NCBI GenBank assembly: GCA_035486995.1
Contig: DATHMO010000212.1
Span: 26,476-90,475, forward strand
DNA from: Bryobacteraceae bacterium
GTDB lineage: Bacteria; Acidobacteriota; Terriglobia; Bryobacterales; Bryobacteraceae
Length of the DNA: 64,000 bases
Reading direction: 5' to 3'
This document shows, piece by piece, positions 1-8,056 of the stretch. Made by a program: the position numbers and the translations under genes. The notes beneath the pieces are model-generated. The model was not told the origin of the DNA. It saw only the letters and a list, made by a program, of their open reading frames with translations, and did not search any database. The stretch's first letter is position 1. Every line of letters begins with the position of its first letter.

Positions 1-295
1 ACAGATCTTTGTCCGCAACGCCGGGCAACTGCACTTGCCGGACAGTGACTTCGTCGCGCGGCAACAGGATGGTGGCGGCCAGGTGCCGGACGCCGAGTTT
101 CTCAAGGAAGGAAGCGTAACTCTCACCCCATTCGGCGGCGGCCTGCTCACGAAAACGTGGGATGGTGAGTTCGCCCAACACTCGCACGCCGGAAGGACGC
201 AGGCGAACCACGGTAACGATGAGATCCTCGCGACCCATCTCCATGCCGACGCCGGTCCCGAGGGCCAGCCACTTTCGAACCGGTGAAGTATTCAT
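1..295 (-). CDS. GspL/PilM-like T2SS assembly protein, N-terminal ~98 codons only (continues beyond window start)
   Basis: Not in the ORF track because there is no stop in the window. ATG at 295-293 overlaps the gspK stop (ATGA). Translation is MNTSPVRKWLALGTGVGMEMGREDLIVTVVRLRPSGVRVLGEL...ATILLPRDEVTVRQVQLPGVADKDL, which follows the PilM/GspL actin-like N-terminal pattern. It sits directly after gspK. Confidence 0.5.
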   Translation of the reverse strand, partial: MNTSPVRKWLALGTGVGMEMGREDLIVTVVRLRPSGVRVLGELTIPRFREQAAAEWGESYASFLEKLGVRHLAATILLPRDEVTVRQVQLPGVADKDL

Positions 296-1338
296 TGCAG
301 CGGCACCGCATTCTCGTACCAGCGCATTACGTGATACGGAGGCTGCTCTTCTTTACGCAATTCCGAATCCTTGTCGAAGAACATCACTAGCTCGGCGACG
401 GTGCGGCGCACATCGGACAGCTGGCCACTCGAAAGCTTCAACTGGGCAGTGGCGCGCAGCGTCACCGCGAATGCGGTATCCATCGTCAAGGGCTCCATCC
501 CCAACCGGCCCAGCGCACCTCCACCGCTACGAAAGGGCGCGAGCTGGTTCATATTCCTGATTGGCGCCGTTTTGCGCAGGGCATAGATGGCTGCGGCGGC
601 ATCGGGAGTGATTCCGACGGCCTGCATCACCGCCGGCTCAACCGTGTTGACATCGAGCGGCACGTCCGACCCGTACACCGTGAGACAGTCCCGCAACCCT
701 GCGTGCGGCATAAGTTGCCCCAGCGCGTTGCGCCGATAGCTTCCGTAGAACAGGTCCGGCGTGACTCCCCGCACTAGCAATAATTCCTCAATCTCCTGAA
801 GAGACGCGTGCCGCGCTTGAAAAGACGGAGTGAGGGACAAGTAATATTGGTCGAACTCGGTCATGCCTCCGCCCCGGCCGCCCCCCCGCCAGTCGATGAT
901 TCCGGCCAGCGTCTGTTCGGCCCGCTCGGGATCCAGGCCCAAAGCCAGGAGCAGGTTGAACAGCTCTTTGGGGTTGGCCTTATTCACATCGAGCTTGGAC
1001 GTTTCCGGGATGATTTCACCGGTAACGACGCCGGTGGGAAAGTCGAGAAAAAGCAGCCGTGTAATCTCGGGCGTGATGGGAATGCTGGTCGGCCCTTGCG
1101 CCGAGGCTCCGCGGCGTCCGCCCCTTGGGGAGTTGGACTGCCCGCTGGGCCTTTCCATAAAGAGCAACATGCGGTCGATGGCGCCGGTCGCCAGATAGTA
1201 CGCCTTGAGGCCGTCGGCGTCGGTGGAGCTGCGCTCCGTTTCGCCGCGCACGGTATTGGCGACGGTGAGAGCAATGGCGGACAGCCCAGCCACCAGCCAC
1301 AGCACAGCCAGCAACGCTGCTCCCGTTCTACTTGCCAA
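292..1338 (-). CDS. gspK: type II secretion minor pseudopilin GspK
   Basis: 348-aa ORF with a TTG start overlapping the gspJ end. N-terminal hydrophobic segment GAALLAVLWLVAGLSAIALTV, then a GspK-like body including LQEIEELLLVRGVTPDLF. Position is after gspJ. Confidence 0.75.
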   Translation of the reverse strand: MASRTGAALLAVLWLVAGLSAIALTVANTVRGETERSSTDADGLKAYYLATGAIDRMLLFMERPSGQSNSPRGGRRGASAQGPTSIPITPEITRLLFLDFPTGVVTGEIIPETSKLDVNKANPKELFNLLLALGLDPERAEQTLAGIIDWRGGGRGGGMTEFDQYYLSLTPSFQARHASLQEIEELLLVRGVTPDLFYGSYRRNALGQLMPHAGLRDCLTVYGSDVPLDVNTVEPAVMQAVGITPDAAAAIYALRKTAPIRNMNQLAPFRSGGGALGRLGMEPLTMDTAFAVTLRATAQLKLSSGQLSDVRRTVAELVMFFDKDSELRKEEQPPYHVMRWYENAVPLQ

Positions 1339-2086
1339 TCAACAACTCCTTCGAGTAGTCCACCAGCGGCTCGCGCGTCAAACGAATGGGAACGGTCAAT
1401 GTGACGGGCTGCAGGCGGCCAGCGTTGGGAACAAGCGGCGCCAGGTCGACACGAATCGCGTCGGGGAACTTCGGCGCAACCCAGTGATCCACCCAAAACG
1501 GTATGCGTTTGGAGCGGGCATCGCGAAAGGTGAAGTGGCAATATGCCAGCCGGTCGGACAGCACGAACGAATTGGATCCAATCTGAATGGGCACGAAGAG
1601 AGGCCCGGGTTGGCCAGTGACGGGATCGCGGCCCATTCCGATGCAGGTGGCACCGGCGCCGCGGGGACCCGTGTACATTTCTTCGTTCACCACCAGCCGG
1701 ACACCCTCGTTGTTCTCCCCTGGGATGACCTGGAATTCCAGGATCATCGGCACGCCGCGCTCGCCCTCGTGCAGCGAATAGGTAGACACCAGCCGCATGG
1801 ATTGAGCCTCGCCTTGAAAGAACATCAATAAGCCGCCCCTGCGTCCACCGGCTATGCAATCGGCGGTGACGGGAATCATCCCCGAGATCTCTTCATTGAG
1901 AATGTGCTCGATGCTAACCACCCGCCGGTTCGCCATGAGCCTGGAATCCGTCTTGGTCATGGCGCTCAGTGCGATGCGCAGCGTCATCACCATGCCTACC
2001 GATAGCAGGCTCAGCAGCAGGACGGCGACCAGCAATTCCATCAGCGTGACGCCGGCCGAGTTTCGCTTCTTGCCGTTCAGCATCAT
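1328..2086 (-). CDS. gspJ: type II secretion pseudopilin GspJ-like (prepilin-type N-terminal cleavage/methylation domain)
   Basis: N-terminus MMLNGKKRNSAGVTLMELLVAVLLLSLL carries the G/xTLxE prepilin motif. ATGA overlap with the gspI stop. Confidence 0.7.
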   Translation of the reverse strand: MMLNGKKRNSAGVTLMELLVAVLLLSLLSVGMVMTLRIALSAMTKTDSRLMANRRVVSIEHILNEEISGMIPVTADCIAGGRRGGLLMFFQGEAQSMRLVSTYSLHEGERGVPMILEFQVIPGENNEGVRLVVNEEMYTGPRGAGATCIGMGRDPVTGQPGPLFVPIQIGSNSFVLSDRLAYCHFTFRDARSKRIPFWVDHWVAPKFPDAIRVDLAPLVPNAGRLQPVTLTVPIRLTREPLVDYSKELLIGK

Positions 2087-2604
2087 GGCTGGGTGTCATC
2101 TTCCAACGCCGGTACCGCCAGGGGCGTACCTTGCGGCCCCGTTCCTTGCAGCCCCACTCCCGACCCAAGGAGCGCCATATCGGCGCGCGTCATGACGCTG
2201 CGGTGGAAGCCTTCCAAGCGGAACGACTGGCGCCGGGTCCCATTCATCCACCAGATTTCCAGCTCCACGCGCTCGATAAACGGAGCGCCCATGCCGCGGG
2301 CGCCGCGCGGAACTTCGAAGGGCGTCAGGCGCGCGATCCAGCCCATGTCCGAACCGCCAGTAACCTCGGGTCCCCAGGTGCCCTGAAATGGCACGCCTTT
2401 TTCGAGCCCAGAGGCAATCAACAATTCATCCATCTTCTGGCGGCCGAGCAAAGCGGCGCGATCGTGATCGGTGAGCCGCGCGGCGTTGCGGACCGAGCCG
2501 GAGATGGCCGACATGAGTCCCGCTACCGCGATCGCCATGATGAGCGTGGCCACCAACACTTCGAGCAAAGTGAAACCGCGCTGCTGGGCCGTTCGAGAGT
2601 TCAC
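2083..2604 (-). CDS. gspI: type II secretion pseudopilin GspI-like
   Basis: N-terminus MNSRTAQQRGFTLLEVLVATLIMAIAV is a prepilin motif. The GTG start shares 1 nt with the gspH stop. Confidence 0.7.
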   Translation of the reverse strand: MNSRTAQQRGFTLLEVLVATLIMAIAVAGLMSAISGSVRNAARLTDHDRAALLGRQKMDELLIASGLEKGVPFQGTWGPEVTGGSDMGWIARLTPFEVPRGARGMGAPFIERVELEIWWMNGTRRQSFRLEGFHRSVMTRADMALLGSGVGLQGTGPQGTPLAVPALEDDTQP

Positions 2605-3089
2605 TATTCAGGAACCTCTATGCGGGGAACGCCGGTGATGGGGTCCACCCGCACCACTCGCTCCACGTTCCTGCGATTGATCAATTCCACGCCGAGAGGC
2701 GGCACAGTGCCGCTGGGATACAGGAAAAACTGGCGTGGCGCGTCGGGATTCTCGGGCAGTTGCGGAAGCACCTGAACGATGGTGACGCCCTCCGGCATCC
2801 GCAGGGTGCGCGAGAAACCCGGTTCGCTGGATTCCATCTCAATGGAGTTATCCTGCTTCGAGATCGTGATCTCCACCACCTGCTGGCGCCGCTCGGCGCG
2901 GCTGAGACCGGTGTCGAGGAAGCTGACCACGCTGTTGGTGGCGGCTTTTAAGCGCATCGAATCGATGCCCGACGTGATCGCCGGAAAGCTGATGCCGATC
3001 ATCAATGCGATCAGGCCGACCACCACCATCATTTCGATGAGTGTGACGCCGCGTGACGTGCTAGTTTTTCCAGCTGACGATATCGGCAT
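2604..3089 (-). CDS. gspH: type II secretion pseudopilin GspH-like
   Basis: Track ORF 2604..3362 trimmed to the ATG at 3089. This gives leader MPISSAGKTSTSR followed by GVTLIEMMVVVGLIALMIG. The upstream part of the long ORF is an out-of-frame overlap with gspG. Confidence 0.65.
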   Translation of the reverse strand: MPISSAGKTSTSRGVTLIEMMVVVGLIALMIGISFPAITSGIDSMRLKAATNSVVSFLDTGLSRAERRQQVVEITISKQDNSIEMESSEPGFSRTLRMPEGVTIVQVLPQLPENPDAPRQFFLYPSGTVPPLGVELINRRNVERVVRVDPITGVPRIEVPE

Positions 3090-3486
3090 TGAACCCGTCT
3101 CCGCCGGGCGCGCCATCCAGGCCGTAGCTGATGATGTCGGGCTCATCGCCATGATCGCCGGGGTAGTGATAAACGTAGGGGTGATTCCAGGGATCGTTCC
3201 CGATTTCCTTTTGCAGATACGGCCCCTGCCAATTCTCGACGCCCTCGGGCTGCGCGCGAAGCGCCTGCAAACCCTGCTCGGTTGTCGGAAAGTTCCCGGT
3301 ATCGAGCTTGTAGGCGCCCAGCGCCGTGGTGAAGCCGTTGATATCGGCGTGGGCTGCGACAACCTTGGCGCGGTCCGCCTGGTGCATCATCTTTGGAAGC
3401 ACCAACGCCGCAAATAGCGCGATGATGGTGACCACCACCATCATTTCGATCAGCGTAACGCCGGCTTGTCCTCTACTTTTTTTCAT
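3061..3486 (-). CDS. gspG: type II secretion major pseudopilin GspG
   Basis: MKKSRGQAGVTLIEMMVVVTIIALFAALVLPK plus the conserved GspG body (ADINGFTTALGAYKLDTGNFPTTEQGLQAL...DPWNHPYVY). GAGGTG Shine-Dalgarno upstream of the ATG. Confidence 0.9.
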   Translation of the reverse strand: MKKSRGQAGVTLIEMMVVVTIIALFAALVLPKMMHQADRAKVVAAHADINGFTTALGAYKLDTGNFPTTEQGLQALRAQPEGVENWQGPYLQKEIGNDPWNHPYVYHYPGDHGDEPDIISYGLDGAPGGDGFNADIVSWKN

Positions 3487-3501
3487 AAGCTCACCTCGTA
3501 T

Positions 3502-4710
3502 TCACATTGCCACGTCATTCATGCCGACAATCGCCAGCAACATACTCAAAATCAGGGTGCCGACGATGATGCCCATCACCAATATTACGATCGGCTCAAA
3601 CAGAGACGTAAACCTGCGAATGGCTGACCGCGTTTCGGCGTCGTAGATGTCGGCCATGCGCACAAACATCGAATCCAGCCGGCCCGTTTCTTCGCCCACG
3701 CTCAACAGATGCGCGGCCAGGGGAGGGAACTGGCCGGCCTTTCGCAGCGGCCCCGCGATGCCCTCACCGCGTTTCACGCCGAGCGACACGATTTCGAGTG
3801 ATCCCGAGATGCGGCGGTTGTTCAATGTGGCGCCGGCGATGGAAATAGATTGCACCAGCGGAACGCTGTTCGACACCAGTGTCGCCATCGCGCGCGCAAA
3901 TCGCGCCGTTTCAGCTTTGCGCAATGCGTCTCCGAGCACCGGGACCTTGAGGCGCAAACTGTCCCACCACAGGCGCCCGGATGTGGTGCGCACGTAGGAA
4001 TACATGCCGACCACGAAGATTACCAGGAGCGTGATTCCGAGCCATCCCCAGGATTGTAGAAATTTGCTACCCACGAGCAGCATCTTCGTGGGCAGCGGCA
4101 TTTCCATGCGCGATTCTTCGAAAACCGCGGCGAAGCGCGGCACGACGAAGTTCATCAATGTGAGGATCGACCCGATGCCGACCAGCGAAAGCAGCGTGGG
4201 ATACGCCATCGACGAAATGATGTAGCTGCGCAGATCGTCGCGCGTACGCTCGAATTCCGATAGCCGCTCGAAGACCACCGCCAGCGATCCGCCCGCTTCG
4301 CCCGCGCGGACCATATTGATGTACAGATCCGAAAAATGATCCGGGTGCGTGGACAGGCTGTCGGCCAGTGTGCGGCCGCCCTTCAACACGCGCAGGATAT
4401 CCAGCACCAGGACGCGGAACGAGGCTCGCTCGTTCAACTCCGCCGTGATGGAGAGCGCACGATCGAGCGGAACTCCGGCGCTCAGTAGCGTGGAAAGCTC
4501 TTGCGTAAAGAACAGAACGTCACGCTTGCGGCCGCCGCCGAAGGAAGGCAGCTTGATGTCGAAGGATTTTTTCTCTTCTTTGCCGACGTAGACCGGTGTG
4601 AGCCCCTGGCGGCGCAGTTCGTAGGCCACCAGGCGTTCGGACTCGCCATGAATCGCGCCGGTGCGAATCTGCCCGTCGGAAGCTACGGCTCTGAAATGAA
4701 AGCTAGTCAT
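3502..4710 (-). CDS. gspF: type II secretion inner-membrane platform protein GspF
   Basis: 402 aa. Duplicated T2SSF-type domains with hydrophobic segments. Typical FTQELSTLLSAGVPLDRAL and GEETGRLDSMF motifs. Confidence 0.9.
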   Translation of the reverse strand: MTSFHFRAVASDGQIRTGAIHGESERLVAYELRRQGLTPVYVGKEEKKSFDIKLPSFGGGRKRDVLFFTQELSTLLSAGVPLDRALSITAELNERASFRVLVLDILRVLKGGRTLADSLSTHPDHFSDLYINMVRAGEAGGSLAVVFERLSEFERTRDDLRSYIISSMAYPTLLSLVGIGSILTLMNFVVPRFAAVFEESRMEMPLPTKMLLVGSKFLQSWGWLGITLLVIFVVGMYSYVRTTSGRLWWDSLRLKVPVLGDALRKAETARFARAMATLVSNSVPLVQSISIAGATLNNRRISGSLEIVSLGVKRGEGIAGPLRKAGQFPPLAAHLLSVGEETGRLDSMFVRMADIYDAETRSAIRRFTSLFEPIVILVMGIIVGTLILSMLLAIVGMNDVAM

Positions 4711-4713
4711 GCC

Positions 4714-6354
4714 TTAGAATTCCTGCGTGACACGCATCACCTCGTCGGCCGTGGTTACGCCGCCCGCCACCTTCGACCAGCCGTCTTCGCGCAAATTGCG
4801 CATGCCGATGCGCCGCGCCGCATTGGTGATCGCCACCGCATCCTGATTCTTCATGATCAGCTGCCGGATACCGTCATCCAGTTCCATCAGCTCGAAAATT
4901 CCCACGCGGCCGGTGTAGCCCGACCCGAAACATTGCTCGCAGCCCCGACCTTTGTAGCACTGCACCAGGTCGCCATTGGGCGCGAACCGTGAGCCGTCTT
5001 CGCCCTTGCAATGGTCGCAAATGACTCGTACCAGCCGCTGCGCCAGCACCGCCACCAGCGACGATGTAATCAGGTAGTTCTCCACGCCCATGTCGGTCAG
5101 ACGCGAAATCGCGCTGGGTGCGTCGTTGGTGTGCAGCGTTGAGAATACGAAATGGCCGGTAAGCGACGAACGAATCGCGATATCGGCCGTTTCACGATCG
5201 CGAATTTCGCCCACCATGATGACGTCGGGATCCTGGCGGACAATATGCCGCAGTCCCTGCGCGAACGTCAGCCCGATCTGATTATTCACATGCAATTGGT
5301 TAATGCCATCCATCTGATACTCGACGGGATCTTCGATGGTGATGATCTTTTTGTCGGTCTGATTGATCCTCTTCAGCGCCGAATAGAGCGTCGTGGATTT
5401 GCCGCTGCCCGTGGGACCCGTCACCAGAAAAATGCCGTGTGGCAGCGACGTGAAATAGTTCATGCGGCCGAGCATATAGCCGTCGAATCCCAGGCGCCCA
5501 AGATCGTAGAAATCGCCTGCCGATCGATCGAGCAAGCGCATCACGACGCTTTCGCCATACAGCGTCGGCAGCGTGGAAATACGTAAATCCACTTCGCGGC
5601 CGAGCGTCTTGATCTTGATGCGTCCGTCCTGCGGCAGCCGCCGTTCGGCGATGTTGAGCTTGGCCATCAGCTTCACGCGCGAGATCATGGCCGCCTTCAG
5701 TTCGCGCGGCGGCGGATCCTGATTGTAGAGCACGCCATCCACGCGATAGCGGATGCGAAATTCCTTTTCGAACGGCTCCAGGTGAATATCGCTCGCGCGC
5801 TTTTCCACCGCCGATGCGATGATCGCGTTCACCAGGCGGATGACCGGCGCCTCGCTCGCCATGTCGCGCAGATGTTCGAGATCTTCCGACATCTCGCCGG
5901 CCTGGAATTCGAAATCGGCCTCGGAGCGCGCAGCTGCCTCGCCGTAATACTTGTCGATCGCATCTATGATCTCCTGCTCGGGTGCGAGCACAGTGTTGAT
6001 CTTGAGTCCCGTGCAATGGCGCACGGCGGCGATCGTTTCAACATCCAGCGGATCCGCCATCGCGAGCGTGATCGTATGGTCGTCGCGGCTCATCGGCAGG
6101 CAGCGGAATTGGCGCAGGAAGCGCGGGGAAAGCGTCTCGGTCTCGGGAGAAACTACGGGCGGAGCGTCGATCGAAACCAGCGGGATTTGCAATTGCTCCG
6201 AGAGTGCCGCCAGTACGTCGCGCATGGCGATGAAGCCCATGTCGACCAGCGTTTTGCCGAGTTTGTCGCCGCGCTCTTTTTGCAGTTCCAGCGCCCGGTC
6301 CAAATCGTCGGCGGTGATGAGCTTGCGCTGGATTAAGATCTCGCCCAACCGCAT
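4714..6354 (-). CDS. gspE: type II secretion ATPase GspE
   Basis: N-terminal T2SSE_N-like MRLGEILIQRKLITADDLDRALELQ. Walker A GPTGSGKST, Asp/His boxes, and the tetracysteine pair CDHC...CEQC. Confidence 0.92.
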   Translation of the reverse strand: MRLGEILIQRKLITADDLDRALELQKERGDKLGKTLVDMGFIAMRDVLAALSEQLQIPLVSIDAPPVVSPETETLSPRFLRQFRCLPMSRDDHTITLAMADPLDVETIAAVRHCTGLKINTVLAPEQEIIDAIDKYYGEAAARSEADFEFQAGEMSEDLEHLRDMASEAPVIRLVNAIIASAVEKRASDIHLEPFEKEFRIRYRVDGVLYNQDPPPRELKAAMISRVKLMAKLNIAERRLPQDGRIKIKTLGREVDLRISTLPTLYGESVVMRLLDRSAGDFYDLGRLGFDGYMLGRMNYFTSLPHGIFLVTGPTGSGKSTTLYSALKRINQTDKKIITIEDPVEYQMDGINQLHVNNQIGLTFAQGLRHIVRQDPDVIMVGEIRDRETADIAIRSSLTGHFVFSTLHTNDAPSAISRLTDMGVENYLITSSLVAVLAQRLVRVICDHCKGEDGSRFAPNGDLVQCYKGRGCEQCFGSGYTGRVGIFELMELDDGIRQLIMKNQDAVAITNAARRIGMRNLREDGWSKVAGGVTTADEVMRVTQEF

Positions 6355-6375
6355 AGCTTTAAAACTCTCGCATGT

Positions 6376-6906
6376 CTAGAACTCTTCAGCCGCGATTTGC
6401 GCTTGGTCCGGCGTCGTCGCTTGCAGCAGAGTCTTGCGGGAGGCGTGCATCACAATCTGCGAGGGCATTCCTTCGTGGTTTTCCCAGGTCCAGTAAAAGA
6501 GCGACAGGCCGACGGCCACCTGATCGTCGACAGGCAGCGAGTCGAGCGAGCGAGCCGAATCCATCAACATCGCGCGCATCGTAGTCCGAAGCGCGGCCAT
6601 GCGCTGCAATTTCTTCTCGTGCGTGCGGCGGATCTCGTCGGCGCTCACCGATGGATGGAAGGGCGAGATACCAGCGGCGGGAGCGAGATTCACTTCCGTG
6701 AGAAACACCGCGCCATAACCGTGCACATAGGCGCCTTGCGAAACACCCAGCACTTCCACCGGATCTTGCGGCCAGAGTCCCACCAGCTTTCGGTCCATGC
6801 TGTGCTCCATGGCTTCCAGCATGGTGCGGGTCACTTTCGGACTGTCGGCCATCGACCCAGCCGGCAACGCGCTCAGCAGAATGCTTGCGATGAGAAGAAT
6901 CTTCAT
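6376..6906 (-). CDS. hypothetical secreted/periplasmic protein, translationally coupled to the anti-sigma factor
   Basis: Signal peptide MKILLIASILLSALPAGSMA. ATGA overlap with the anti-sigma stop. Lies 21 nt upstream of gspE. No recognisable domain. Confidence 0.6.
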   Translation of the reverse strand: MKILLIASILLSALPAGSMADSPKVTRTMLEAMEHSMDRKLVGLWPQDPVEVLGVSQGAYVHGYGAVFLTEVNLAPAAGISPFHPSVSADEIRRTHEKKLQRMAALRTTMRAMLMDSARSLDSLPVDDQVAVGLSLFYWTWENHEGMPSQIVMHASRKTLLQATTPDQAQIAAEEF

Positions 6907-7463
6907 TGAGCAGGCCCTTCGTTGCTCGCCACCTCATACCGCGCCAACTGTTTCCGGTAATAATCAGCGGCCTGTTGAACCGTGGCCAGATCGGATTGGC
7001 GCTGTTGTTCCAGCCGGGTCTCGGACGCGTTCAGCACTTTTGCAAACTCAGCGGCCTGCTTGGCTTGCGCATCGCTCACTGCTTTCGTAACGGCGGCGTC
7101 CACAGATTTCTGGATCTGTGCAGTATCCACCACGGCATTCGGAGCGGGCGCCACGGGGCGTTCGAATCCATGCACCAAAATTGCAGCCGCCAGCACCGCC
7201 GCTGAAGCGAAGCCCATCGCGGGACCCGAGTGCCACATGGTCTGCCACCAGCGCGGCTCAAACACGCGATCGGAGACAAATGCGATGCGCCGTGGCGGTT
7301 CTTCGTCCTCGAGCGTGGCCAGTGCCGACTGCGTGAGATTCAGCCGGTCCAGCTCTTCGTGGCAACTCTCGCACGCACGCACGTGAACTTCAACCGCCGC
7401 TTTTTCGCGCTGGCCTAATTCTCCGACCACATATGCCTTCAAATCTTCCGATGAACAACTCAT
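6903..7463 (-). CDS. anti-sigma factor (zf-HC2 type, single TM)
   Basis: Track ORF trimmed to the ATG at 7463, which gives an ATGA overlap with the sigma gene stop. H-x3-C-x2-C motif HVRACESC. TM segment GFASAAVLAAAILVHGF. Confidence 0.8.
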   Translation of the reverse strand: MSCSSEDLKAYVVGELGQREKAAVEVHVRACESCHEELDRLNLTQSALATLEDEEPPRRIAFVSDRVFEPRWWQTMWHSGPAMGFASAAVLAAAILVHGFERPVAPAPNAVVDTAQIQKSVDAAVTKAVSDAQAKQAAEFAKVLNASETRLEQQRQSDLATVQQAADYYRKQLARYEVASNEGPAQ

Positions 7464-8008
7464 TCCGCACCTCCGGTACTTACAGGAGCCAACGTTTGTT
7501 TCAAGAGATCGAGCGCAGTGTACAGCCGGGATTTCACCGTCGACACCGGACACGCCAGAATCTCCGCCATTTCCTCGAACTTGAATCCCTGATAAACCTT
7601 CAGCAGCACGGCCTCGCGCTGATCGCTCGACAACAGGTCCAACGCGGCGCGCACCGCCAGCGTCGATTCGATGGGAAACAAGCCCCCGCTCGCTTCAGCC
7701 ATGCGCGGTTCGACGGTCATCTCGCCCTCCGGCCTGTTTTTCCGCATGAGCGAATACGCCTCGTTATGCGCGATACGAAACAGCCACGCGGGGAACTTCG
7801 CCGGGTCGTCGAGCTTCTTCAGATTCTGATAGGCCTTCAAAAACACATCCTGGCTGAGATCGAGAGCGTCTTCGCGCTGCCGCACCAACCGCAGGAGATA
7901 ATTGAAGACACGCTTCTCCCAGCGAGACACGAGCACGTTGTAGGCATCCACGTGCCCCCGTCGCGCCTTGGCGATCAGGTCGCGGTCCTCAACCTCCCGA
8001 AAGATCAA
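7460..8008 (-). CDS. ECF-type RNA polymerase sigma-70 family factor
   Basis: 182 aa. Region 2 DLSQDVFLKAYQNL..FPAWLFRIAHNEA, and region 4 EMAEILACPVSTVKSRLYTA. TTG start with GGAG 7 nt upstream. Confidence 0.9.
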   Translation of the reverse strand: MIFREVEDRDLIAKARRGHVDAYNVLVSRWEKRVFNYLLRLVRQREDALDLSQDVFLKAYQNLKKLDDPAKFPAWLFRIAHNEAYSLMRKNRPEGEMTVEPRMAEASGGLFPIESTLAVRAALDLLSSDQREAVLLKVYQGFKFEEMAEILACPVSTVKSRLYTALDLLKQTLAPVSTGGAE

Positions 8009-8056
8009 ACTTCGGCTCCAATCTGAAGACGCACGTAACGTCGAAAAAGACGACCG

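Noticed and set aside
2604-3362. Over-long ORF-track starts: gspH at 3362, ureA at 34551, AddA-like at 26288, giant repeat protein at 61610, anti-sigma at 7553, ureF at 35942, permease at 40803, PSCyt protein at 50622
   Set aside because: In each case an internal start gives the canonical N-terminus (prepilin leader, MHLTPRE, Walker A region or signal peptide). It also yields an ATGA/GTGA junction or a good SD. The upstream extension overlaps the preceding gene out of frame.
8009-8056. ECF-type autoregulatory promoter (GGAAC-N16/17-CGT) or terminator between the SecA-like and sigma genes
   Set aside because: A CGTC is present, but there is no GAAC-like -35 at the right spacing. The only inverted repeat (GACG..CGTC) has a 2-nt loop and cannot fold.
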